Below, piece by piece: positions 26,104 to 33,941 of a DNA stretch of 64,000 nt. A program made the translations under genes and the position numbers. Origin of the DNA: an uncultured Actinomycetes bacterium. Lineage in GTDB: Bacteria > Actinomycetota > UBA4738 > HRBIN12. A model generated the notes under the pieces. The model saw only the letters and a program-made list of their open reading frames with translations. It ran no database searches and was not told the origin of the DNA. Position 1 is the first letter of the stretch. Every line of letters starts with the position of its first letter. The stretch is taken from assembly GCA_963790335.1 (NCBI GenBank), contig CAWBOB010000005.1:11570-75569 (forward strand). The letters are read 5' to 3'.

Positions 26104-28174
26104 ATGGCTGACGACCCCACGGCCCTCGCACATCTGCAACGGATGCTCGGGCCCGACGCCGACTTCCGGCCTGGACAGCTCGAGGCGATCGAGGCCGTCG
26201 CGCGTGACAGGGGCCGTGTCTTGCTCGTGCAGCGCACCGGCTGGGGCAAGTCGGCCGTCTACTTCATCGCGACGAGGATGCTGCGCGAGCAGGGCGCCGG
26301 TCCGACGCTCCTCGTGTCGCCGCTCTTGGCGCTCATGCGCAACCAGATCGAGATGGCGGCGCGGCTCGGTGTTCGAGCCGAGACCATCAACTCGACGAAT
26401 CCCGATGACTTCGAGCCGATCGTCGGCCGACTCGTGGCGGACGAGATCGACCTGCTGCTCGTCTCGCCCGAGCGGTTCGCCAACGATCGCTTCCGTGACG
26501 AGATGCTCTCGGTCGTCGCGCAGCGGGTCGGCATGCTCGTGGTCGACGAGGCGCACTGCATCAGCGACTGGGGCCACGACTTCCGACCCGACTACAGACG
26601 GATCGTGCGGGTGCTCGAGCAGCTTCCTCGTGGCGTTCCAGTGCTCTGCACGACCGCGACCGCCAACGATCGCGTGATCGCCGACGTGACCGAGCAGCTC
26701 GGGCACGAGCTCCGCACGCTGAGGGGCTCGCTCGAGCGGGAGAGCCTCGCGCTGGCCGTCGGCCGACGTGCCGAGCCAGGCCGAGCGCTTGGCTTGGCTC
26801 GCCCGGACCATCCCCGAGCTGGACGGTTCCGGCATCGTGTACACGCTCACCGTGGCCGACACCGAGAGGGTCGCCTCGTTCCTTCGGCGGCGAGGCATCG
26901 ACGCGGAGTCCTACAGCGGGGCGACCGACAACGACGACCGGCTGCGGCTCGAGCAGGCCTTGCTCGCCAACGAGGTGAAGGTGCTCGTCGCGACCTCGGC
27001 GCTCGGTATGGGCTTCGACAAGCCCGACCTCGGGTTCGTGATCCACTACCAGTCCCCCGGCTCACCGATCGCCTACTACCAGCAGGTGGGGCGGGCCGGC
27101 CGAGCGGTCGACCACGCGCCGGTCGTGCTGCTCCGCGGTCTCGAGGACCGTGACATCCAGGACTACTTCATCAACACGGCGTTCCCGCCGAGGGAGCAGG
27201 CCGAGCGCGTGGTCACGCTGCTCGAGGATCGCGGCGAGCCGATGTCGGTGTCCGCGATCGAAGCGGAGGTCAACATCCGTCACGGCCGGCTCACCCAGAT
27301 GCTCAAGATCCTCGAGGTCGACGGCGCGTTGCAGAAGCAAGGCGGCAGCTACCTGCGCGCGCTCGCACCGTGGACCTACCCGGCCGAACGCGTAGAAGGC
27401 ATCACCCGGCTCCGGCGCGACGAGCAGCGTGCGATGCGCCGGTACGCCGAGACCAAGGGCTGCCTGATGGAGTTCCTTCGACGGGAGCTCGACGACCCTG
27501 AGGCCGAGCCATGCGGACGATGCGCATGAACTGCACGGCGCGACCCGCTCGAGATCCTCGTCGACGATCGAGTCCGACTCGAAGCACTCGAGCACCTGCG
27601 CGGATCGACCCTGTTCATCGAGCCCCGGCTGCAGTGGCCATCGAACCTCGGCGAGCCGAAGGGTCGGATCCCCGAGGAAGAACGCCTCGAGACCGGCCGT
27701 GCCCTCTCGGTTTACGGCGACGGAGGGTGGGGGCGTCTCGTCCGCGAAGGCAGGCAGGAGCACGAGCACTTCGACGATGAGCTCGTCGCGGCCGCCGCGA
27801 AGATGATCGGCGACTCGTGGCAGCCCGAGCCGCGGCCGACGTGGGTGACGTGCGTGCCTTCGATGGTCCACCCGGACCTCGTGCCGGACTTCGCGGCCCG
27901 TCTCGCTGCCGAACTCGGGTTGCCGTTCCTCGGCCTCGTGACGAAGGTCGCCGAGAACCAGCCGCAGACGCGCATGGAGAACAGCGCGCAGCAGCTTCGA
28001 AACGTGCTGACGGCCTTCGAGATCGCCGGCGAGGTGCTCCCCGCGGAGCCGGTCCTCCTGGTCGACGACATCTCGGACTCGAGATGGACGATGACGGTCA
28101 TCGGGCGTTCGCTCCGGTCGGCCGGCAGCGGGCCCGTGTTCCCGTTCGCGCTCGCGACGGCCGTTGGCGTGTGA
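26104..28174 (+). CDS. RqlH-type RecQ-family helicase with Zn-finger and C-terminal ComF/phosphoribosyltransferase-like domain; +1 break near 26757 and in-frame TGA at 27527-27529
   Basis: RecQ motifs: FRPGQLEAI, QRTGWGKS (Walker A), DEAHCISDWGHDFRPDY (DEAH), TATA, GIVYTLT, SALGMGFDKPDLGFVIH, QQVGRAGR. The Cys cluster C...CGRCA-TGA is interrupted. The C-terminus has VLLVDDISDSRWTMTV, a PRTase-like acidic loop as in ComFC. Pieces are ORF-track 26104.., 26768..27529 and 27803..28174. To my recollection, mycobacterial RqlH has this domain order. Confidence 0.8.
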
Positions 28175-28211
28175 GGCAGCTACGTGTGCTGCTGACTGTG
28201 GTCGCCGCCGC

Positions 28212-28703
28212 CTACGCGCCCGACTGGGTTCCCACGGCCTCACGGAGCCTCGAGAGCATCGAGGACTCCCCGGCGCTCACCTGCTCGGCCCCGAAGCCCA
28301 GGAAACCGCCTTCCTTCGCGGCGTCGGCAGCGGCCTGCGCAACGGCGACCATCCACTCGCCGAAGCCATCGGCCTCGTCCGGCGAGGCCTTGGCGCGGAC
28401 GATGCCGGCAACCTCTCGGAGTTCACCGAGAATCTGCTCGCTTGCGAGCGCCGCGTTCTCGACCTTGAAGCCCTCGAGCGGCTTCTGCTTGTTCTCGAGC
28501 GACGTCCGGATGTCCTGGGAGAGGGCGACGAGCAACTCTTGCTGCCCGGCAGGCTCCGATGCAGCCTTGAGCGTGGCGATCGTCTCCTTCGTCAGCTCGA
28601 TCGGACCGCCCGGGTCGGCGAGCGAGATGGCCATGCCTGCCACGAAGGGCGCGCGTCGCATCCTCGCCCACTCATCGTCGGTGAATCCTTCCTTGGACGT
28701 CAT
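28212..28703 (-). CDS. Conserved helical cytosolic protein, unknown function (last gene of a three-gene operon)
   Basis: ATG comp. 28701-28703 overlaps the upstream stop (TGATG). Product MTSKEGFTDDEWARMRRAPFVAGMAISLADPGGPIELTKE.... Its N-terminal pattern is loosely TerB-like, but that is not asserted. Confidence 0.65.
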   Translation of the reverse strand: MTSKEGFTDDEWARMRRAPFVAGMAISLADPGGPIELTKETIATLKAASEPAGQQELLVALSQDIRTSLENKQKPLEGFKVENAALASEQILGELREVAGIVRAKASPDEADGFGEWMVAVAQAAADAAKEGGFLGFGAEQVSAGESSMLSRLREAVGTQSGA

Positions 28704-28978
28704 CACTGGTCCCCTTCCATGCCTGGGCCGTCCGGTGGCGGGGCCGAGCTCCGCGAGCCCCATGGCGCCCGCTTGCGTACCGTCGCGCTCACGCTCGATG
28801 CCGTCGCACTCACGCTCGACGCCGTCGCGCTCAGTCTTTCGCCGAGCCGCGAACCGACGTCGGCCTTGTACTCGAGCGCGTCGATCGTCTCGGCGATGCG
28901 CAGGCGGATGCCCTCTATCTCGCGCCTGATCTCGGCTACTCCGCGGTCTTCAGCTCTTCGGTCTTCTGACGGATCCAT
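28703..28978 (-). CDS. DUF3618-domain protein
   Basis: ATG comp. 28976-28978. ...AEIRREIEGIRLRIAETIDALEYKADVGSRLGERLS matches the DUF3618 core (I-x-x-(I/E)E-x-(T/I)R-x-x-(L/I)-x-ET(I/V)DAL-x-x-K). Its 5' end overlaps the upstream gene by 43 nt. Confidence 0.65.
   Translation of the reverse strand: MDPSEDRRAEDRGVAEIRREIEGIRLRIAETIDALEYKADVGSRLGERLSATASSVSATASSVSATVRKRAPWGSRSSAPPPDGPGMEGDQ
28780..28836 (-). repeat. 21-bp tandem repeat, 2.7 copies, coding (SATASSV)
   Basis: ccgtcgcgctcacgctcgatg / ccgtcgcactcacgctcgacg / ccgtcgcgctcagtc on the plus strand. Confidence 0.85.
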
Positions 28979-29367
28979 GCGACGTCCTCCTGTGCTGTCT
29001 CCAACGAGCGCTCCGGCGAGAGCGGGGTGCCGGCGCGGATCTTCGCGCGCCCCGCCAGGATCAGGGCCGCGGCGGCGGCGAGCAGCACGACCGCTACGAT
29101 CAGCGCCGCGGCCCACGCCGGCAGCACGATCGCGAGCGCCAGTACCGAGGCCGCGATCAGGGTCGCGACCGCGAACCAGGCGATCATCGCGGCGACGACG
29201 AACAGCCCCACCCCGACACCGACCGTCGACGCCTTCTGCTTCAGCTCGATCGCGACGAGCTCCGCCTCTCGACGGGCGAGTAGCACGAGATCGGCCACGA
29301 GCGACCGGACGAGTCCGGAGATGGGCTCGGTGCGCCGATCTCTTTCAGGTGCGCGCGAAGCGACCAC
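28936..29367 (-). CDS. Actinobacterial holin-X family (Phage_holin_3_6 / DUF1469-like) membrane protein
   Basis: ...ISGLVRSLVADLVLLARREAELVAIELKQKASTVGVGVGLFVVAAMIAWFAVATLIAASVLALAIVLPAWAAALIVAVVLLAAAAALIL.... An amphipathic helix plus two TM helices is typical of this family. GTG comp. 29365-29367 follows GGGAGGG; the ORF track starts at 29379. Confidence 0.65.
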   Translation of the reverse strand: MVASRAPERDRRTEPISGLVRSLVADLVLLARREAELVAIELKQKASTVGVGVGLFVVAAMIAWFAVATLIAASVLALAIVLPAWAAALIVAVVLLAAAAALILAGRAKIRAGTPLSPERSLETAQEDVAWIRQKTEELKTAE

Positions 29368-29440
29368 ATTCCCTCCCACTCTGGTGAGCGCGTTCCAGAC
29401 CTTCTCTCATGTGCGCCTCAGGGCTATCATGGGCGGCGAC

Positions 29441-29623
29441 ATGGCGTACCGGCAAGGACGCACGAGTCCGTGGCACGGGCCGGGTCATCTCGACGACCCG
29501 TTCATGATGCCGGAGTCATCTCCCATCGGCGAGGGTCCATCACAGCGCCGAGCCGCACTCCTCGCACTCACCGTCATCGTGGCCGCGATGCTCGCGCTGA
29601 TGTGGGTGACCGTCACCGGCTGA
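29441..29623 (+). CDS. Possible 60-aa C-terminally anchored membrane protein
   Basis: MAYRQGRTSPWHGPGHLDDPFMMPESSPIGEGPSQRRAALLALTVIVAAMLALMWVTVTG. A TATCAT -10-like hexamer at 24-29 of 294xx suggests a leaderless or short-leader transcript. No homology recognised. Confidence 0.35.
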   Translation: MAYRQGRTSPWHGPGHLDDPFMMPESSPIGEGPSQRRAALLALTVIVAAMLALMWVTVTG

Positions 29624-29656
29624 CGCCGGACGACGCTGAAGCAGACGGCGACGCGC

Positions 29657-30562
29657 TCACCAGTCGATCGAGGTGGCATGCGCCACGATGCGCCGGCGCA
29701 ACGTGCCGTCGCCGTCGATCACCCAGATGCCGTCGCCGAGGGCGATCAGCCGCCTGCCGCTCGGCGAGTATCGCGGCTGGCGCAGACCGCCTTCGGACGC
29801 CGGCACCGGTGTGAGCACGTGGTCGCGGGTCCCGTCGGGACGCACGACCCAGATCTCTCCGCAGGCATGGCACGTTCGTCGCCAGTCCCGATAGGCGATC
29901 CAGCGCCCGTCGGGCGACCAGTCGGGATCGGTCGCGAGGTCGGGGCCGAGTCCCCGCAGGCCCGAACCGTCGAGGCGCACCCGTGCGATGCCGAGCGGCC
30001 GGTCGTCGCCGCACGCTCGCGTCATGTTCTGATGCTCGAACCCGACGGCGAGCCACTCCCCGTCGGGGCTCCAGGAGATGCCCGTGATGTGCGGCTCGCC
30101 GTTGATCACGACATGCGTGGATCCCCCGGTCGACGGATCCACCGGACCTGGCCGCAGTCCTTCGGGCCAGCTGGGTGGTCTCGGCCCTTCTCGCGCGCGA
30201 CCGCGAACGCGATACGCGTTCCGTCGGGCGACCAGGCGAGGCCCGTGATGGCCTCGAACCGGCGCGGGAGCCGGTAGATCACCCGGCGGTCGAGCACCGT
30301 CGGCGTCGACGATCACGATCCGACGGCTCCACGACAGGAAGGCGACGCGATCGTGCCCGGGAGACCACGTCGGCATGTGCTCGGCGGCCGGTCGGTTCGC
30401 GATGCGCCGCACGCCCGAGCCGTCGGGTGCCACGGTGAAGATGTCGCCGCGGCGTGAGAACACGACCTCGGGGGCGGCCACTGCCGGTTGCGCGAGCGTG
30501 ATCGTCGCCACGACCCAGGCGACGATCACGATCGACATCGTCCTGCTCGCTCGTTCGCCCAT
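29657..30562 (-). CDS. Secreted PD40/TolB-like beta-propeller protein; compensating frame changes near 30295 and 30140
   Basis: Signal peptide MGERASRTMSIVIVAWVVATITLAQPAVAA. Blades with WSPGHDRVAF, ISWSPDGEWLAV and DWSPDGRWIAY. The middle blade (VIYRLPRRFEAITGLAWSPDGTRIAFAVAREKG) is readable only in the frame of ORF 30106..30297. Span 906 = 3n. An in-frame upstream extension to 30829 exists. Confidence 0.7.
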   Translation of the reverse strand: MGERASRTMSIVIVAWVVATITLAQPAVAAPEVVFSRRGDIFTVAPDGSGVRRIANRPAAEHMPTWSPGHDRVAFLSWSRRIVIVDADGARPPGDLPAPAPVRGHHGPRLVARRNAYRVRGRAREGPRPPSWPEGLRPGPVDPSTGGSTHVVINGEPHITGISWSPDGEWLAVGFEHQNMTRACGDDRPLGIARVRLDGSGLRGLGPDLATDPDWSPDGRWIAYRDWRRTCHACGEIWVVRPDGTRDHVLTPVPASEGGLRQPRYSPSGRRLIALGDGIWVIDGDGTLRRRIVAHATSIDW

Positions 30563-31164
30563 GTCCCGGCCCATGCTACGTCGGTGTCGGATGCCGAGGC
30601 GAGGGGTAAGCCTGGAACGTCCACGAGTGACGGGAGCTGGCAGATGCCGAACGGCCATGAGGATCCGCAGGATCAGCGGGACGATGCCGACGACGACGCG
30701 TCGGGCGAAGACCGGGAGACCGAGCCCGAGTCGGCCAAGACCCGGGCGGGCTCGAACCTCCCGAACGCTGCTGGGAACCGAGACGACGGCAGCCACGAGT
30801 AGCGAGACGGCCTTGTGACGACGGAACACGGCGGCCGGACCCAGAGGGTCCGGCCCGTCGTCCGTTCGCGGTGCGCCTCACCGGTGCGTTCCCGGCCTCT
30901 CGACGAGGCCTTCGTCCGGTAGACCAGCCGGAACCGTGAGGTCGGTGAGCTGGTTTGGATTCTGCCGGTCGCCCGGCATGCGGGCGGGGAGGTGACCCCG
31001 GCCCGCGAGGGACGGCTCAGCAGCCAGTCACCTCGAGGGTCTCGAGCTGTTCATGCAAGCGGGACCACCTCCTTCCTCTCGTACCGCACATGCTGCCGCA
31101 GACGTCGCGATTCGGCAAGCACGTTCGGAGAGGAGGTGCTCCGTCACCGGACGACGGATCCGGG

Positions 31165-31625
31165 TCACTGCCCCGCAGGAACCTCGCCCCGCCATGCTCC
31201 GGTCTCCTGCCCCTGGCTCTCGATCATCTCCTTGAAGCGACCGAGGTCCTTCGACACCTGGCGATCGTCGAACCCGAGTGCGGTCCCGACGTTCTCGACG
31301 ATGCCTTCGGGCTGCCAGTCCATCTGCACCGTCACCCGCGTCTCGTCGTCGTTGAGACGATGGAACGTCACGACGCCGGCGTTGCCCTTGCCACTCCTCG
31401 CGGCCCAGGCGACGCGCTGATCCGGGCGTCTGCTCGGTGATCTCGGCGTCCCACTCCTCACGCTTGCCACCGAACTCGGCGACCCAGTGCAGATGGGTGT
31501 CGTCGGTCTGCGTGATCTGCTCGCACACCGTCCATGAACCGGGGGAACTCCTCGAACTGGGTCCATTGGTCGTACGCGGTGCGCACCGGCACGGCCACAT
31601 CAACCGATTCTGTGATCTCTGCCAT
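31165..31625 (-). CDS. SRPBCC-superfamily (polyketide cyclase/dehydrase-like) protein; two +1 frame breaks (~31522, ~31424)
   Basis: ATG comp. 31623-31625 follows GAGGGAGGA. Reads MAEITESVDVAVPVRTAYDQWTQFEEFPRFMDGV | EQITQTDDTHLHWVAEFGGKREEWDAEITEQTP | DQRVAWAARSGKGNAGVVTFHRLNDDETRVTVQMDWQPEG.... The pattern W-x-x-F-E-x-FP-x-FM ... W-x-A-x-I-x-E ... G-x-V-x-F is typical of SRPBCC proteins. Span 461 = 3n+2. Confidence 0.75.
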
Positions 31626-31894
31626 GTCATCCTCCCTCTCTCGTTGGCTCCAGGGGACTTACCCCGATGTGCTCCGGACCACTCGCCGTAACCTATGCAC
31701 CGGTCGGCCCCCGGCTGCGGCTCGACATCGAGGAGTGTTCGTGAGGATCGGAAGATGGGAGGTCCGGCCCCTGGGAGGCGGCATGGGCTGCCTCGTGATG
31801 CTCCTCGTCTCGATCTTGGCCTCGGTCGTGCTGACGGTGCTGGTGAACCTCCTGGTTCGATGACGACCGTCGGGATCGGTGGATGGTCGCCGCG

Positions 31895-33026
31895 TCAGTC
31901 GCCGAACCAGCGCCGGCGCCGGCTCGAACCGAACTCGGCCTTCTCGGCGGCGAGTGCCTCCGACGGCTCGCTGAAGGTGCCGGTCGGGCGACCCGGCGTC
32001 GAGAAGAAGTCCACGTCGACGCGGCCGACCTCGTGGCCGCCGAATTCGATCCAGCACGCGCCGGTGCCATCGAAGCCGGCCGGCTCGGCCTCACCGCGCA
32101 GGCGCGCGATCAGTTGGTCTGCGACCACACGCGCGGCGCGCTCGGCGAAGACACCGGCCTTGGGCGTGCCCACGCTCGTCACGTCGCCGACGGCGTATAC
32201 GCCCGGGAAACGGGTCGCGAGCGTGCGTTGATCCACGGGGATCCACCCGTCGTCCGTCATGGCGTCGACGGCTCGCGGCGCGCGGTGCACCGGGATGCCG
32301 AGGAACAGGTCGTAGGGAAGCCGCGATCCATCGTCGAGCACGGCCTCGCGGGTCGCGGGATCGAGGGCCGCCACCCTGCGATCGGCACGAACTCGATCCC
32401 CCGTTCCGCGAAGCGCTCGAGGATCGCCCGGGAGGTGTCGGGCGAAGGCGGGATCGGCGTGCCGAACGGCATCACGACCTTGATGCGTCACGTCGTCGCG
32501 GATGCCGCGCTCGCGCAGGTGCTCGTCGAGCAGGAGCGCGGCTTCGCTCGGTGCCGGCGGGCACTTGAACGGCGCGCCGCAGACGCCGACGATCGCCGTG
32601 CCGGACACGAACGACGGCAGCACGTCGCGCACGGCCTCGGCGCCCTCGACGGAGTAGAACTCGTTGCCGGCCTCCGTGAGCCCCGGCGTCGCATCGAGGT
32701 CGTAGTCGGCGCCGAGCGCGACCACGAGCACATCGGCCTCGTAGGTGTCGAGGTCGGTCGTGACCCGGCGGGTCTCCGGATCGATCGCGGTGATGGTCTC
32801 CTGTCGGAACCGCACGTTCGGCTGTGGTGATGTCGGCGTAGCGCAGGCGCACCGCGTCGGGCTCGCGCATGCCGAACATCACGTCGAGCTTCGAGAACCC
32901 GAAGACGAACGCGTCGGCCCGGTCGATCAGGGTGACCTCGACGCCGTCGCCGAGCGCTTCCGACAGACGGGTCGAGAGCTCCAGACCGCCGAACCCTGCT
33001 CCGAGCACGAGCACCGACGTCGACAT
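31895..33026 (-). CDS. NAD(P)/FAD-dependent oxidoreductase of the sulfide:quinone oxidoreductase / NDH-2 family; three frame changes (~32825, ~32480, ~32390)
   Basis: MSTSVLVLGAGFGGLELSTRLSE (GxGxxG) ... ADVLVVALGADYD ... VCGAPFKCPPAPSEAALLL ... MPFGTPIPPSPDTSRAILERFAERGIEFV ... VYAVGDVTS. The segments lie in ORF-track frames 32472..33050, 31895..32815, 32257..32475 and again 31895... Span 1132 = 3n+1. Confidence 0.75.
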
Positions 33027-33077
33027 GAGGCCCCAGGATAGGGCAGACACCGCGTCCCCTTTCTATAGCGTTTCTGC

Positions 33078-33083
33078 TATACT
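33078..33083 (+). promoter_or_regulatory. -10-like hexamer TATACT 7 nt upstream of ATG 33091 (leaderless-transcript geometry)
   Basis: Read directly. There is no Shine-Dalgarno motif between it and the ATG. Leaderless mRNAs are common in actinobacteria. Confidence 0.35.
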
Positions 33084-33090
33084 CGCCTCC

Positions 33091-33414
33091 ATGCGAGGGG
33101 GCGATCTGATCCGGGAAGCGCGCAGACGGGCGCAGCTCACGCAGAGCGACCTCGCTGCGCGGCTCGACACCACCCAGTCCGCGATCGCACGCCTGGAGAC
33201 GGGCGGCACGGAACCCTCCTTCGAACGCGTCGCCCGTGCGATCCGAGCGTGCGGGTTCGATCTGCACGCGCGGCTGCTTCCCGCCGACGACTCCGATTGG
33301 TCGGTCGCCTCGGCGAACCTGTCGGTCGACCACGACACGCGGGTTCGCCGCCACCGAGCGGCGCTGCGGTTCGCCGAGGCGGGACGCCGGGCGATGGCAG
33401 ATGCCCGAGCCTGA
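33091..33414 (+). CDS. XRE-family helix-turn-helix protein (candidate antitoxin/regulator)
   Basis: MRGGDLIREARRRAQLTQSDLAARLDTTQSAIARLETGGTEPSFERVARAIRACG, a canonical Cro/C1-type HTH (Q-x-x-LA-x-x-x-x-x-x-Q-x-x-I-x-R-x-E). Its 3' end overlaps the next gene by 14 nt. Confidence 0.8.
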   Translation: MRGGDLIREARRRAQLTQSDLAARLDTTQSAIARLETGGTEPSFERVARAIRACGFDLHARLLPADDSDWSVASANLSVDHDTRVRRHRAALRFAEAGRRAMADARA

Positions 33415-33913
33415 GTTCCGCCCCGAGCTCGTGCTGGAGGTCCTGGCTCGGCACGGCGTACGTCACGTGTTGATCGGGGGGTTCGCGGGCGTGATCCACG
33501 GTTCCCCTTACGTGACGACCGACGTCGACGTGGTGCCCGACCCTCGTGCGGCGAACCTCGAACGTCTCTCGAGAGCGCTCGACGAACTTCATGCGAGGGT
33601 GTGGACGTCGTCGGAGCCCGAGGGCGTGCGGTTCGACCACGATGCGACATCGCTCGCATCGGGCCGCGTGTGGAACCTCGTGACCGACTTCGGGCGACTC
33701 GACATCACGTTCGAGCCGAGCGGCACGGCGGGGTACGGGGACCTCTCGCGCGACGCGACCCACCTCGTGATCCTGGGGGTCGATGTCGACGTCGCCTCGC
33801 TCGCCGACGTGATCCGATCCAAGGAAGCCGCGGACCGCGACAAGGATCGTCTCGTCCTCCCGGTGCTGAGGAGGCTTCTCGCCGAGACGGAACGACGCTC
33901 CCCCGAGCCCTAG
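33401..33913 (+). CDS. Minimal nucleotidyltransferase-fold protein (pol-beta superfamily; candidate toxin partner)
   Basis: MPEPEFRPELVLEVLARHGVRHVLIGGFAGVIHGSPYVTTDVDVV fits the hG(G/S)-x9-13-D-h-(D/E)-h NTase signature. A second acidic block follows (...TDFGRLDITF...). About 170 aa. Confidence 0.7.
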   Translation: MPEPEFRPELVLEVLARHGVRHVLIGGFAGVIHGSPYVTTDVDVVPDPRAANLERLSRALDELHARVWTSSEPEGVRFDHDATSLASGRVWNLVTDFGRLDITFEPSGTAGYGDLSRDATHLVILGVDVDVASLADVIRSKEAADRDKDRLVLPVLRRLLAETERRSPEP

Positions 33914-33941
33914 CGCGACCGGCGCCCTTCGGCATAGGGTC

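Noticed and set aside
25477-26898. 473-aa minus-strand ORF across the TA pair and helicase
   Set aside because: It is antisense to three genes with strong family motifs (RHH, MazF, RecQ DEAH box) and has no motifs of its own.
27527-27529. In-frame TGA in the helicase as a selenocysteine or programmed read-through codon
   Set aside because: I could not see a SECIS-like hairpin immediately downstream. A locally shifted reading restores the canonical Cys spacing. The window is full of other frame lesions, so error or mutation is more parsimonious.
3438-28836. Short tandem repeats (21 bp x3 at 3438, 15 bp x4 at 18191, 21 bp x2.7 at 28780) as possible CRISPR arrays
   Set aside because: The units are directly adjacent with no spacers, lie inside coding frames and encode sensible peptide repeats. 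No cas genes are present.
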